A DNA stretch of 64,000 nt from Candidatus Poribacteria bacterium (GTDB lineage Bacteria; Poribacteria; WGA-4E; PCPOR2b), in contig OZ242351.1 of assembly GCA_965208675.1 (NCBI GenBank), forward strand, positions 4,768,001-4,832,000, in the 5' to 3' direction. Numbering within the stretch: position 1 is the first letter of the stretch; each line of letters opens with the position of its first letter. The notes beneath the pieces were generated by a model, which saw only the letters and a program-made list of their open reading frames with translations, was not told the DNA's origin and did no database searches. Shown here piece by piece: positions 40,213-50,913 of the stretch. The position numbers were made by a program, and so were the translations under genes.

Positions 40213-40734
40213 CTAGTGGGCGTCCATTTTATTTCGAAGTTCTTCAATGGCTTTACCACGGAGGTGAGTAACTTCATCAATATCCTTCAAAGCGCGCAGC
40301 GCTTGCATAGTTGCTTCTGCAATATTTTTTGCATTTCTAGATCCTAACCGCTTGGTCAATATATCCTGAACGCCGGCAAATTCCAGAATTATCCGTGTTG
40401 CAAGACCGGCGATAATCCCTGTACCGGGGCTTGCCGGTTTCAGAAGGACTTTAGCAGCTTTAAATTGACCTACAATTTCGTGTGGTATCGTACTTCCTGA
40501 CAACGGTACGCGGATTAGATTTTTCTTGGCATCAGCAATACTCTTGCTGATAGCGGAAGGTATTTCATTCGCGCTGCCAAATCCGATGCCAACAATGCCA
40601 TCGCGGTTCCCCACGGCTGAAAGCGCATTGAAACTCGGTGTTCGTCCGCCTTTGCGCACGCGCATTACGCGATTAATGTCAATTGGGCGTTCCTCAAATT
40701 CAAATTCATCCGGGTTGATCTTTTCCTTCAACAA
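40213..40734 (-). CDS. rpsE: 30S ribosomal protein S5
   Basis: INRV...KGGR, TIPHE, LLKPASPGTGIIAG. Confidence 0.97.
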   Translation of the reverse strand: MLKEKINPDEFEFEERPIDINRVMRVRKGGRTPSFNALSAVGNRDGIVGIGFGSANEIPSAISKSIADAKKNLIRVPLSGSTIPHEIVGQFKAAKVLLKPASPGTGIIAGLATRIILEFAGVQDILTKRLGSRNAKNIAEATMQALRALKDIDEVTHLRGKAIEELRNKMDAH

Positions 40735-40760
40735 AAAAGTTTGCCTCCACGTTGAAATCT

Positions 40761-41129
40761 TTAAAACTTCAATCCGCCTTCCCTAGCAGCGTCTGCGAGC
40801 CCTTGGACCCTTCCATGATAAGGATTTCCTCCCCGGTCGAACACAACGGAATCAATCTTCCGTTCTATCGCTTTGTTCGCAATCAACTGTCCAACTTTCC
40901 GAGCCGCATCAATATTACCTGCTGTAGACAAGTTATTTTTTAACTCCGGTGAAAGGGTTGATGCTGCAACGAGCGTAATCCCTTTCTCATCATCAATTAT
41001 CTGTGTATAAATGTGCTTAAGACTTTTAAATACGGCAAGCCTTGGTCTTTTGCTGGAACCGACAATTTTCTTTCTGACTCGTTGTTTACGCATCTTTCTA
41101 GCGATATATTTCCTCTTTATCCGATCCAA
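40761..41129 (-). CDS. rplR: 50S ribosomal protein L18
   Basis: [20 protein letters not shown]. Confidence 0.97.
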   Translation of the reverse strand: MDRIKRKYIARKMRKQRVRKKIVGSSKRPRLAVFKSLKHIYTQIIDDEKGITLVAASTLSPELKNNLSTAGNIDAARKVGQLIANKAIERKIDSVVFDRGGNPYHGRVQGLADAAREGGLKF

Positions 41130-41155
41130 GACTATCCTCCACGATATGTTCGGGG

Positions 41156-41722
41156 TTACGCCCTCGCTTTCCCTTCTTTCATTCGGACACGTTCGCCTTC
41201 ATAGCGGATACCTTTACACGGCTCGTAAACTTCAGGTTTTTTTATCTGTCGAATTGATGCAGCAACCTGTCCTACAAGTTGTTTATCAATGCCGTTTACC
41301 GTGATGGGTATATGAGGTTGCCCATCCACGTTTTCTAGGGTACCCACACTCAAGGTAACACCATCAGGGGGAGAATAAATAACCGGGTGAGAATATCCAA
41401 CATTTAAAACCAGACGCTTTTGCCGATCTATTTCCGCCCGGTACCCTGTTCCTACGGCACGAAGTCTCTTTTCAAATCCTTTGCTTACACCAGCTACCAT
41501 ATTCGCAATGAGGCTTCGAGTTAACCCATGTAGAGACCGATGTATCTTTTGGTTGCTCGGCCGGCTAACCGCAATTACACCATCGACTAAATCCACTTCT
41601 ATGTTTTCAGGTATCTTCCAACTTAGGTTACCTTTTGGTCCTTCAACAGTGATATCCCTTCGCTCCACAGCTACTTTCACATTCGATGGTACCGCAATGG
41701 CCATACGTCCTATTCGAGACAT
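41156..41722 (-). CDS. rplF: 50S ribosomal protein L6
   Basis: [35 protein letters not shown]. Confidence 0.97.
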   Translation of the reverse strand: MSRIGRMAIAVPSNVKVAVERRDITVEGPKGNLSWKIPENIEVDLVDGVIAVSRPSNQKIHRSLHGLTRSLIANMVAGVSKGFEKRLRAVGTGYRAEIDRQKRLVLNVGYSHPVIYSPPDGVTLSVGTLENVDGQPHIPITVNGIDKQLVGQVAASIRQIKKPEVYEPCKGIRYEGERVRMKEGKARA

Positions 41723-41754
41723 TACATTCATCTCCTATGTCCAAAACCTAAAAA

Positions 41755-42153
41755 TTACCAAACAAAACAGAGGACTTCACCGCCGATGCTGACCTTCCTG
41801 CATTCAAATGCGGTCTTCACACCTTGGGAGGTCGAAAGTATCGCGATCCCTAAATCTCCGTACACCCGAGGTAAGTCTGTCGCTTTTACATAAACACGCC
41901 GCCCCGGTTTGCTGATTCGCTTAATGCCTGTAATGACCTTCTCTTGATTGTCTCCATACTTAAGGTAAATCCTCAAAATGCCCTGTTTTCTGTCATCGAT
42001 CAAGCGATAGTTTCGAAGAAACCCTTCCTCGTGGAGGATACGGGCGATTTCCAACTTTAGATTTGACGCGGGTATTTCAACGCGATCGTGCCGGACTATA
42101 TTCGCATTGCGAATGCGAGTTAACATATCCGCGATAGGATCTGTCATTGACAT
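41755..42153 (-). CDS. rpsH: 30S ribosomal protein S8
   Basis: [28 protein letters not shown]. Confidence 0.98.
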   Translation of the reverse strand: MSMTDPIADMLTRIRNANIVRHDRVEIPASNLKLEIARILHEEGFLRNYRLIDDRKQGILRIYLKYGDNQEKVITGIKRISKPGRRVYVKATDLPRVYGDLGIAILSTSQGVKTAFECRKVSIGGEVLCFVW

Positions 42154-42168
42154 TAGTATTCTTCTCCT

Positions 42169-42354
42169 TTACCAACTCGCCTTTCTCACACCGGGTATCT
42201 TGCCGGCCCTGGCTAACAATCGGAAGCAAATTCGGCAACATTCAAACCGGCGCAGGAAGCCTCGAGAGCGTCCACATATTCGGCATCGATTGTATTTGCG
42301 CGTCCTAAACTTGGGAGTTCTTTTCTGCTTTGCAATGAGTGCTTTAGTTGCCAA
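42169..42354 (-). CDS. rpsN: 30S ribosomal protein S14 (short Zn-binding type Z)
   Basis: TTG start after AGGAGG, 61 aa; [22 protein letters not shown]. Confidence 0.96.
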   Translation of the reverse strand: MATKALIAKQKRTPKFRTRKYNRCRICGRSRGFLRRFECCRICFRLLARAGKIPGVRKASW

Positions 42355-42398
42355 CCCCAACCTCCTTTCTTCAGCTATGCCCGGGACAAAGCATGCAA

Positions 42399-42938
42399 TC
42401 ATCCTCTAAATGGCATGCCCATGAGACGCAAGAATTCATGGCCCTCTTCGTCTGTTGAGGCCGTAGTAACTATGGAAATATTTAAACCTCGGACTTCACT
42501 CACGCGATCGTAGTCTATCTCCGGAAAAATAACCTGTTCATGAAGACCTAGCGAATAATTTCCGCGTCCATCGAATGAATTTGGGGAGAGCCCTCTAAAA
42601 TCTCGAATTTGCGGTAACACAGCGTTTACGAGCCGATTGAAAAACTCATACATCGTGTCCCGCCGTAGAGTGACCTTACAACCGATAGCCATACCATCGC
42701 GTATCTTGAAAGCGGACACTGATTTTTTGGCTCGCGTGATAATTGCGCGTTGACCGGCTATTAGCGTCAGTTCTTCGACAGCATTCTCCAGCAATTTAGG
42801 ATTCTGTGTTGCAGCGCCAACCCCAATATTCAACGCAATTTTTTCAAGTTTTGGAACTTGCATGATGTTTGAATAATCAAAGCGCCGTTGGAGCGCGGGC
42901 GCGACCTCTTCTTTATAAAACGATCTAAATGGACTCAT
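42399..42938 (-). CDS. rplE: 50S ribosomal protein L5
   Basis: [28 protein letters not shown]. Confidence 0.98.
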   Translation of the reverse strand: MSPFRSFYKEEVAPALQRRFDYSNIMQVPKLEKIALNIGVGAATQNPKLLENAVEELTLIAGQRAIITRAKKSVSAFKIRDGMAIGCKVTLRRDTMYEFFNRLVNAVLPQIRDFRGLSPNSFDGRGNYSLGLHEQVIFPEIDYDRVSEVRGLNISIVTTASTDEEGHEFLRLMGMPFRG

Positions 42939-42999
42939 CAGTTTTTCCTCACGCGGAGAAAATTTTGCGCAGATATGGCAATTTATGTGTATCTAAGAA

Positions 43000-43350
43000 T
43001 TATTCGTTTTCGGCTACTTCCCCGCATTTTTTACATATGCGCAATCGGCGTTTTTTTGTTCGGTCTCCGATTTCTTTCTCAAACACTTGGCGTTTTGTAC
43101 GCGCTGGCTGATTACACTTAGGGCAAATTAATTTCAGGTTAGAAATGTGAATAGTACCTTCTTTCTCTACAATCCCGCCTTGCCCTTGCGGATTGGGACG
43201 AAGGTGCATCGTCGCCATGTGGATGCCTTCGACAACTGCACGATTTTTACTGTATAGCGTCTCAAGCACGGTTCCTCTCTTGCCCGCATCTTTCCCGCTC
43301 AACACTAATACAAAATCGTCTTTTCTGATATGAAATTTCCGCAGCGCCAC
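43000..43350 (-). CDS. rplX: 50S ribosomal protein L24
   Basis: SGKDAGKRG, VVEGI, IHISNL; position after rplN. Confidence 0.96.
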   Translation of the reverse strand: MALRKFHIRKDDFVLVLSGKDAGKRGTVLETLYSKNRAVVEGIHMATMHLRPNPQGQGGIVEKEGTIHISNLKLICPKCNQPARTKRQVFEKEIGDRTKKRRLRICKKCGEVAENE

Positions 43351-43381
43351 GAATACCTCCTTAAGGAACAGAAATGCCTTT

Positions 43382-43750
43382 CTAAATGACTTCAGGGGCT
43401 AAAGAGATAATCCGGGTGAACGCTTTATCTCTGAGTTCACGGGCGACGGGACCAAATATTCGTGTTCCCCTAGGCTGATTTTGAGCATCGATTAACACGG
43501 CCGCATTCTTATCGAACTTGATGTAAGACCCATCCAATCGACGGTACTCCTTGACGGTACGAACAATTACGGCTCGGACAATCTCCCCCTTTTTTACCTG
43601 GCTGTTTGGACTCGCTTCCTTCACACTTGCAACAATTACATCGCCCACTCGCCCATACCGTTTTCGGCTTCCACCAAGCACTCGAATACACATCAGCCGT
43701 TTCGCACCGGTGTTATCAGCACAGATTAAACGGCTGTAGGATTGGATCAT
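43382..43750 (-). CDS. rplN: 50S ribosomal protein L14
   Basis: [26 protein letters not shown]. Confidence 0.98.
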   Translation of the reverse strand: MIQSYSRLICADNTGAKRLMCIRVLGGSRKRYGRVGDVIVASVKEASPNSQVKKGEIVRAVIVRTVKEYRRLDGSYIKFDKNAAVLIDAQNQPRGTRIFGPVARELRDKAFTRIISLAPEVI

Positions 43751-43793
43751 TTATCGGTCCCTTTCTGATACTTCTGGCATCTGTGCGATTAGC

Positions 43794-44069
43794 TCAATCA
43801 TTGTCAGGCTCAATATTTGAAACAACCTGACGAACTTTCCATTTTTTTCTGCGACTAATCGGGCGCGTTTCAACCACCTGAACAAAGTCACCTACTTTAC
43901 ACACATTCTGCTCATCGTGGGCAAGTATTCTTGTTGTTTTTCTTAAAATCTTTTTATAAAACGGATGTTGATAAGTGCGGGTAATTGTGACCGCAACAGT
44001 TTTATCCATTGAATCGCTAGTTACAACACCCGTGCGAAGTTTTCGTCTGCCTCGGTCCTTTTGACTCAA
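43794..44069 (-). CDS. rpsQ: 30S ribosomal protein S17
   Basis: GVVTSDSMDKT, AHDEQN, ETRPISRRK. Confidence 0.97.
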   Translation of the reverse strand: MSQKDRGRRKLRTGVVTSDSMDKTVAVTITRTYQHPFYKKILRKTTRILAHDEQNVCKVGDFVQVVETRPISRRKKWKVRQVVSNIEPDND

Positions 44070-44087
44070 GATTGCCCTCTCTCAAAC

Positions 44088-44294
44088 CTATTGTGCATTA
44101 TCAATTTCGAGTTCACGTGCCCCTAAAATTGTGTGAATCCGCGCGATATCTACCTTGATTTTTTTAAATTGAGAAGTATCTTCAAGTTGGCCAAGCATCG
44201 CGCGAAATTTCAGATTAAATAGTGCTTCTTTGAGATTGCCTAGTTCGCTTTTTAGTTCTTCTATTGATTTGCTTCGAAGTTCGACGGTAGTCAT
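44088..44294 (-). CDS. rpmC: 50S ribosomal protein L29
   Basis: ELRSKS, LFNLKF, GQLE, DIARIHT; position between rplP and rpsQ. Confidence 0.95.
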   Translation of the reverse strand: MTTVELRSKSIEELKSELGNLKEALFNLKFRAMLGQLEDTSQFKKIKVDIARIHTILGARELEIDNAQ

Positions 44295-44301
44295 TGCCCT
44301 G

Positions 44302-44715
44302 TTATACTCCGGATCGGCTGACAAACTTTGTCTTCACGGGTAATTTGTGGGCGGCTCTTCGCATCGCCTCCCGAGCTTCTGCCTCAGCGACTCCACTTAA
44401 TTCGTACAGGATTCGCCCGGATTTTACAACTGCCACCCAAAATTCGGGCGGACCTTTCCCACTTCCCATTCTAGTTTCAGCGGGTTTCTTACTGATTGGT
44501 TTATGCGGAAAGATTTTAATCCAAACCTTCCCGCCGCGCCGTACATACCGGGTCATCGCGACACGAGCAGCCTCAATTTGACGACTTGTAATCCAACCAC
44601 ATTCAACTGCCTGCAAGCCAAATTCACCAAAATTTATCCGAGAACCGCGGTGGGGCTTGCCGCGCCGCTTCCCTCGTTGCACCTTCCTGTGTAATACACG
44701 CTTTGGCATCAACAT
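44302..44715 (-). CDS. rplP: 50S ribosomal protein L16
   Basis: [21 protein letters not shown]. Confidence 0.98.
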   Translation of the reverse strand: MLMPKRVLHRKVQRGKRRGKPHRGSRINFGEFGLQAVECGWITSRQIEAARVAMTRYVRRGGKVWIKIFPHKPISKKPAETRMGSGKGPPEFWVAVVKSGRILYELSGVAEAEAREAMRRAAHKLPVKTKFVSRSGV

Positions 44716-44836
44716 TTCATGTAACTCCCTATACTTTGGCCCCCTTTACCTCACACTAACATAGGGCAACCTGCAATGAGAAATACAATTGGATTACGAT
44801 GATTCGTGACTGAATTCATCACGATTTTATCGGCGG

Positions 44837-45613
44837 CTAACTTGTTCTGCTACGACGAGAGCCACGCTGGCGAGATTGGCCTTCCCACCTATCTTGAGAG
44901 CGCCGTGAAGGCTGTCTTGATGTGGTCTGTTCAGGAGGAACTTTCGCCACACGCCCTGGGGGCGATGTAATCTCCGGAATGCCAGGTTTACCAATTACTT
45001 CCCCTTTGAAAATCCATGTCTTTACACCAATCTTTCCGTAGGTTGTATTTGCTTCGGTGAACCCATAGTCAATATTCGCTCTTAGTGTATGGAGGGGAAC
45101 GCGCCCATCAATATTTGATTCCGATCGCGCCATCTCATGTCCGCCGAGGCGGCCGCCAATAACTATTTTCACTCCCTGAGCACCAGCCCTCATTGAGGAA
45201 GCGATCGTTTTTTTCATTGCCTGCCTGAAATTCGTTCTCCGCTCAATCTGAAGTGCGACGCCTTCAGCTACGAGTTGCGCATCAAGTTCAGGCTGTTTAA
45301 TTTCTGTCACATTGATTCGGATGGTTCGTCCGATGAGTTTTGCCACGTCCACTTGCAATTTCTCAGCTTCCGCCCCGCGCCGCCCAATCACGATACCAGG
45401 ACGTGCTGTGTGGACATTTATGCTGCACTTATCTCCTACTCTCTCGATTTCAATACGCGAAATTCCCGCGCGTGACAATCTCTCCTTAACGAAGTTTTGA
45501 ATCTTTAAATCTTCATGGAGCCACTGGGCATACTCTTTTTCATTGTACCATTTAGAATCCCAAGTTTCAGTGATGCCCAATCGTAGGCCGCGTGGATGCG
45601 TTTTCTGTCCCAA
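44837..45613 (-). CDS. rpsC: 30S ribosomal protein S3
   Basis: [30 protein letters not shown]. Confidence 0.98.
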   Translation of the reverse strand: MGQKTHPRGLRLGITETWDSKWYNEKEYAQWLHEDLKIQNFVKERLSRAGISRIEIERVGDKCSINVHTARPGIVIGRRGAEAEKLQVDVAKLIGRTIRINVTEIKQPELDAQLVAEGVALQIERRTNFRQAMKKTIASSMRAGAQGVKIVIGGRLGGHEMARSESNIDGRVPLHTLRANIDYGFTEANTTYGKIGVKTWIFKGEVIGKPGIPEITSPPGRVAKVPPEQTTSRQPSRRSQDRWEGQSRQRGSRRSRTS

Positions 45614-45707
45614 TCAGACCTCCTCACCGAGTTTATTCGTGCAGAAACGTCTACATAGACGAGGCGCAAGAACATTATTCAATTCATGTATAGAGTTAAA
45701 CAATTCC

Positions 45708-46061
45708 TTAATCCTCATTACCATCTTTTTCCTCGTCCAACATAATCGTAATATGCGATCTTCGATGTAATATCCGATTTGCTATACCTCGCGATCTTGG
45801 TCGAAACCACTTGCGGGTCATCCCCTCATCGACGAAAATCGTCTTGATAAAAAGATTGTTTTGGTCAATGTTGGCATCTCGATATTGTGCATTCGCTACC
45901 GCAGATTGAATTAGCTTGCGGATTACCGGAGAAATGGCTTTGTGTGTAACCGTTAATAGATTTAACGCATCGTCCACATACAGCCCTCTCACCAAATCGG
46001 CAACTAAACGTGCCTTGCGCGGTGCAACTGGAACATTTCGGATTCGCGCTTGCGCTTCCAT
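45708..46061 (-). CDS. rplV: 50S ribosomal protein L22
   Basis: PRKARLVADLVRG, SAVANA, SHITI. Confidence 0.97.
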   Translation of the reverse strand: MEAQARIRNVPVAPRKARLVADLVRGLYVDDALNLLTVTHKAISPVIRKLIQSAVANAQYRDANIDQNNLFIKTIFVDEGMTRKWFRPRSRGIANRILHRRSHITIMLDEEKDGNED

Positions 46062-46093
46062 CTTACAAAACTCCTCACCTCGTCGAACGTCAA

Positions 46094-46363
46094 TTACGCT
46101 TTTCTACCGCCAGTATGTGATCGAAACGTCCTTGTTGGTGCGAATTCGCCTAATTTGTGTCCTACCATGTTCTCCGAAATATAAACTGGGAAAAACTTCT
46201 TCCCGTTGTGGATAGCGAGGGTATGCCCCACCAATTCCGGCGTAATCATCGAACGGCGCGACCACGTACGAATAACACGCTTGGTACCGGATCGATTCAT
46301 GGTTTCAATCTTTTTCTGCAGCTTGGGCTCAATGTAAGCCCCTTTTTTCACAGAGCGTGGCAT
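46094..46363 (-). CDS. rpsS: 30S ribosomal protein S19
   Basis: [25 protein letters not shown]. Confidence 0.98.
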   Translation of the reverse strand: MPRSVKKGAYIEPKLQKKIETMNRSGTKRVIRTWSRRSMITPELVGHTLAIHNGKKFFPVYISENMVGHKLGEFAPTRTFRSHTGGRKA

Positions 46364-46440
46364 CAGCCATTCCTCTTCTATTCGGTTGAGGTATGGTACG
46401 TTTTATTCCCATGCAATCGAAATTGAGTCTAATAAAATGA

Positions 46441-47265
46441 CTACTTGCGACGAATAGAAATATATTGACTCGATTTCTTCTTAGGATTTCGTGTTTTATA
46501 ACCCTTCGTCGGAACTCCCGAAGGTGTTACGGGGTGCCTACCACCCGAACTTTTCCCTTCGCCGCCGCCATGAGGATGATCGATTGGATTCATTGCAACG
46601 CCACGGACTTTAGGGCGATGTCCCATCCATCGAGAACGCCCAGCCTTACCGATAGAGATATTGGCATATTCAACATTGCCAACCTGGCCAATAGTAGCCA
46701 TGCAGGTCACCAAAATTAACCGAACCTCACTGGATGGCAGCCGAATCCGTGCATATTTGCCTTCTCGATCAATCAACTGCGCAGCGGCACCGGCACTTCG
46801 TACTAACTGCGCTCCTTTACCCGGCATCATTTCTACGTTGTGTACCGAGGTCCCGAGGGGTATTTTCTCAAGCGGTAAAGCGTTCCCTACCTTAATCTCC
46901 GCATCTGTGCCTGAACTCAACATTTCGCCGACCTGCAGGCCTAAGGGCGCAAGAATATACCGCTTTTCACCATCAGAATAGTGAAGAAGCGCGACACGGG
47001 CGGACCGGTTGGGATCGTACTCAATTGAGGCAACTTTTGCTGGAATTCCAAATTTATCACGCCTGAAATCAATGTTTCTGTATCGCCGTTTGTGTCCACC
47101 TCCGCGCCTTCGGACGGTAATGCGTCCTAATGCGTTCCGCCCGGCATTGTTCTTTTTCCCTTTAACTAAGGATTTTTCTGGTTGACGACGAGTAATTTCT
47201 TCAAAAGTATGTCCCGTCATCGTTCGGCGACTAGGTGTCACTGGCGAATAGGTCTTAACTGCCAT
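46441..47265 (-). CDS. rplB: 50S ribosomal protein L2
   Basis: [35 protein letters not shown]; AAGGA RBS before ATG 47265. Confidence 0.98.
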   Translation of the reverse strand: MAVKTYSPVTPSRRTMTGHTFEEITRRQPEKSLVKGKKNNAGRNALGRITVRRRGGGHKRRYRNIDFRRDKFGIPAKVASIEYDPNRSARVALLHYSDGEKRYILAPLGLQVGEMLSSGTDAEIKVGNALPLEKIPLGTSVHNVEMMPGKGAQLVRSAGAAAQLIDREGKYARIRLPSSEVRLILVTCMATIGQVGNVEYANISIGKAGRSRWMGHRPKVRGVAMNPIDHPHGGGEGKSSGGRHPVTPSGVPTKGYKTRNPKKKSSQYISIRRK

Positions 47266-47343
47266 GCTCAATTCCTTTTGCAAATTGAAATGGGCATACC
47301 GCACGACACGGTAACACAGGCGTAAACCCATCAACTCACAGGT

Positions 47344-47643
47344 TTAAATTCCTTCGAAAATCTGTATGGTTGCCCCTTCTTCGATAGTGATAATTGCTTT
47401 TTTCCAGCTAGGGCGTCTGCCAATCCGATACCGAAACAACTTCCCTTTTGGCTTCCCATGAACCCGAATGGTATTTACGTGCGTAATTTTACCCTTTAAA
47501 TCAAATATCTCTTCAGCAGCCTGACGAATTTCTGATTTCGTGGATTTTGAATCAACAACGAATGAATACTTATTGGATTCCCGAAGAATTGTGCTTTTTT
47601 CGGTAACTAGAGGCTTTAATATAACTTGGTACGGTTCTTTCAT
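47344..47643 (-). CDS. rplW: 50S ribosomal protein L23
   Basis: PLVTEKS, KYSFVV, WKKAI. Confidence 0.96.
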   Translation of the reverse strand: MKEPYQVILKPLVTEKSTILRESNKYSFVVDSKSTKSEIRQAAEEIFDLKGKITHVNTIRVHGKPKGKLFRYRIGRRPSWKKAIITIEEGATIQIFEGI

Positions 47644-47677
47644 TGACTGGCTTATGCCTTATTTGAAGAAGTTCTTG

Positions 47678-48319
47678 TTATTCGACTACTTGATTTTCTA
47701 CGAATTTACACTCAAGCTTTTCTACCGCGCTTTCAGTGAAGACGATTTTGTCATGCCAAAGTACATCATGAATATTTAACCTATCCCACGTGCAACTATT
47801 CGCCCGAGGAATATTCCGCACAGATAAAAAAATGTTGGGATCATGGGATCCAACGACAAAAAGTGTTTTACCTTCAAGGCCAAAGGAATCTAAAAACTCA
47901 ACGAATGTTTTAGTTTTGGGCAGTTCTAATGTGAAATCCTCTACTATTAAACAATTGCTACTTTGAAATTTGTCCGCTAAAGCCGAGTGAAGCCCACGTC
48001 TACGGATTTTTTTGGGGGTATATTGACGATAGCTCCGCGGTTTTGGACCAAATGCCACACCCCCGTGTACACGTGTCGGTGATTTTTTATCCCCGGCACG
48101 AGCCCGTCCCGTACCTTTTTGGCGATAGAGCTTTTTCTTGCTGCCGCGAACCTCTGAGCGTGATTTGGTGGAAGCTGTTCCTCTTCGTTGATTGGCAAGG
48201 TATGCAACGACACATTGATGTACAACAGCCGTGTTAACAGTTTCATTAACAAATATGTCCGATAATTCCTTCGACCGAAGAATAGAACCCGACCGGTCAT
48301 ACACATCGAAAGTTGCCAT
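47678..48319 (-). CDS. rplD: 50S ribosomal protein L4
   Basis: [34 protein letters not shown]. Confidence 0.97.
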   Translation of the reverse strand: MATFDVYDRSGSILRSKELSDIFVNETVNTAVVHQCVVAYLANQRRGTASTKSRSEVRGSKKKLYRQKGTGRARAGDKKSPTRVHGGVAFGPKPRSYRQYTPKKIRRRGLHSALADKFQSSNCLIVEDFTLELPKTKTFVEFLDSFGLEGKTLFVVGSHDPNIFLSVRNIPRANSCTWDRLNIHDVLWHDKIVFTESAVEKLECKFVENQVVE

Positions 48320-48398
48320 GGTCAATCACCCTTACAAAGATGGACGGAATCGCTTGATTTTATTTTTGACATTATTCGTTTTCGCGGAGGATAATCTC

Positions 48399-49028
48399 TC
48401 ATTTGACCGCTTTTCTGATGACTAGCAATCCATTTGGCGGACCAGCGACTGCACCTTTAATGACCAAAAGATTCCTATCCATATCGGCTTCAATGACTTC
48501 TAAGTTTTGGATGGTAACTCGTTTTCCGCCATGCCGGCCTGACATACGCTTTCCCTTGAAGACCCGTGAGGGATCGGAACCTGCTCCAATCGAACCCGGG
48601 CGTCTCAAATCTTGTTCGCCTCCATGGGATTTTCTACCACCCGCGAACCCCCAACGTTTAACGACGCCGGTAAAACCTCTTCCTTTTGAAATCCCGGATA
48701 CATCAACGGTGTCGCCGGCTGAAAAAATTCCTGCATCAATAACCGATCCAACCGACAACCCTTCGGTTGTGTCTACGCGCACCTCTTTCAAATACCGGCG
48801 AGGCGCAACATCTGCCTTTTTGAAATGGCCATGTATCGGGCGGTTAATCTTATTTTCGTTTCGATCGACAAATCCCAGTTGAACCGCATTATATCCGTCT
48901 CGTTTCTCGGTCTTAATTTGCACGATTGGACAAGGGCCGGCTTCCACGACCGTTACCGGAATGGCTGTACCAGATTCGTCAAAGACTTGGGTCATTCCTA
49001 TCTTTTTACCCAAAATTCCATCGCTCAT
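48399..49028 (-). CDS. rplC: 50S ribosomal protein L3
   Basis: GKKIGMTQ, DGYNAVQLG, SKGRGFTG, RPGSIG. Confidence 0.98.
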   Translation of the reverse strand: MSDGILGKKIGMTQVFDESGTAIPVTVVEAGPCPIVQIKTEKRDGYNAVQLGFVDRNENKINRPIHGHFKKADVAPRRYLKEVRVDTTEGLSVGSVIDAGIFSAGDTVDVSGISKGRGFTGVVKRWGFAGGRKSHGGEQDLRRPGSIGAGSDPSRVFKGKRMSGRHGGKRVTIQNLEVIEADMDRNLLVIKGAVAGPPNGLLVIRKAVK

Positions 49029-49061
49029 TTACACATCTCCAAAGCCGGTATTACAGATTAC

Positions 49062-49373
49062 CTACAAAAGCATGATTTTAACATCAACACCGGCAGGCAA
49101 ATCTAAGCGCATTAAGGCGTCTACAGTCTTTGGGGTTATTTCCACGATATCCAAAACCCTCTTATGGATACGCATTTCAAACTGCTCACGAGACTTTTTA
49201 TCTATGAATGTAGACCGTTGAACTGTATAGGTATGTTTCTTTGTGGGCAGCGGGATTGGACCAGACACAACTGCCCCTGACCGCTTCGCAGTATCTGCGA
49301 TTTGTGATGCGGACTGGTCTAATAATCGATGATCGAACGCTTTCAGGCGAATACGAATTTTTTGGTTGTCCAT
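49062..49373 (-). CDS. rpsJ: 30S ribosomal protein S10
   Basis: [30 protein letters not shown]. Confidence 0.98.
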   Translation of the reverse strand: MDNQKIRIRLKAFDHRLLDQSASQIADTAKRSGAVVSGPIPLPTKKHTYTVQRSTFIDKKSREQFEMRIHKRVLDIVEITPKTVDALMRLDLPAGVDVKIMLL

Positions 49374-49604
49374 CAACCTTTCCAATTGAGTCCATGGAGC
49401 GGTGCACTACACAGCACGAATCGGACAAAAGGACGTATGCACGATATTTTTCAAATCAACTGGGCGATACAGTGCAAATCCAATAACCCCATTAGACCTC
49501 GAGTGTTGCAAAAAGATGACCCGATTAATTTTATCACGGTTTGTTGTGAGGCGTCTTTTCGCGACGATTACCCTTCTTCATTGCAACTTACAACGTAGGA
49601 GCGT

Positions 49605-50801
49605 TCACTCAATAACTTTAGAAACAACACCTGCTCCAACAGTATGTCCACCTTCACGTATGGCGAACCTCAATTCTTCTTCTAAGGCAATTGGCTTTGT
49701 CAGTTCTACGCTAATATGGATGTGATCGCCTGGCATTACCATTTCGACCCCATCGGGAAGGTGCATTACGCCTGTTACGTCCGTCGTACGGAAGTAAAAC
49801 TGGGGTCGGTACCCGGTAAAGAATGGTGTCCAACGACCGCCTTCCTCTTTATTCAAAATATAGGTTTCCGCTTCAAATTTCGTGTGGGGTGTAATTGAAC
49901 TAGGCGCCGCTACCACTTGCCCCCGCTCAACATTCTGGCGCTCAATACCACGCAACAATAACCCGATGTTATCACCGGCGCGCCCTTCATCTAACAACTT
50001 TCGGAACATCTCCACCCCGGTGACAACAGTGTCATGGGTTGGTCGAAGGCCAACAATTTCAACAGTTTCGCCGACCTTTACTATTCCACGTTCCACACGC
50101 CCTGTCACAACAGTTCCTCGTCCCGTAATTGAAAAAATATCTTCTATTGGCATTAAAAACGGCCTGTCAATATCTCTTACGGGTTCAGGAATATACGCGT
50201 CAATGGCTTCCATCAAGTCCAAAATTGGCTTACATGCTTCATTGTCTGGTTCGCCGCTTTCCATCGCCTCTAGTGCGGAACCCGCAATTACAGGGATATC
50301 ATCCCCCGGAAATTCATATTCGGTTAAAAGTTCTCGAACTTCAAGCTCAACCAATTCCAAAAGTTCGGGGTCATCAACCATGTCGGCCTTATTTAGAAAA
50401 ACTACGATTGAAGGCACATTTACTTGCCGCGCTAATAGAACGTGCTCACGGGTTTGGGGCATTGGACCATCGGCAGCAGACACCACCAAGATTGCTCCAT
50501 CCATTTGCGCCGCACCTGTAATCATATTTTTGATGTAGTCCGCGTGTCCGGGACAATCCACATGAGCATAGTGTCGAATCTCGGTTTCATATTCCACGTG
50601 GGCTGTATTGATTGTAATTCCGCGCTCTTTCTCTTCCGGCGCGGCGTCAATCTCTTCGTAAGTCTTAACATAATCTACTCCGGAAAGCTTTGAAAAGATC
50701 ATTGTAATTGCCGCCGTTAACGTTGTCTTACCGTGATCAACGTGCCCAATTGTACCGATATTGATGTGTGGTTTAGTCCTTTCAAATTTTGCTTTAGCCA
50801 T
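49605..50801 (-). CDS. tuf: Elongation factor Tu
   Basis: [31 protein letters not shown]. Confidence 0.99.
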   Translation of the reverse strand: MAKAKFERTKPHINIGTIGHVDHGKTTLTAAITMIFSKLSGVDYVKTYEEIDAAPEEKERGITINTAHVEYETEIRHYAHVDCPGHADYIKNMITGAAQMDGAILVVSAADGPMPQTREHVLLARQVNVPSIVVFLNKADMVDDPELLELVELEVRELLTEYEFPGDDIPVIAGSALEAMESGEPDNEACKPILDLMEAIDAYIPEPVRDIDRPFLMPIEDIFSITGRGTVVTGRVERGIVKVGETVEIVGLRPTHDTVVTGVEMFRKLLDEGRAGDNIGLLLRGIERQNVERGQVVAAPSSITPHTKFEAETYILNKEEGGRWTPFFTGYRPQFYFRTTDVTGVMHLPDGVEMVMPGDHIHISVELTKPIALEEELRFAIREGGHTVGAGVVSKVIE

Positions 50802-50913
50802 GTGTAAATCTCCTCACATTCATAAGAATTTTAAAGCGTGTACATACTTGCCAGACTCTGGCGATCAGGGTTGGTTATCATTCATAAAGCGGTAACTGAT
50901 TAGAATGATAGAG

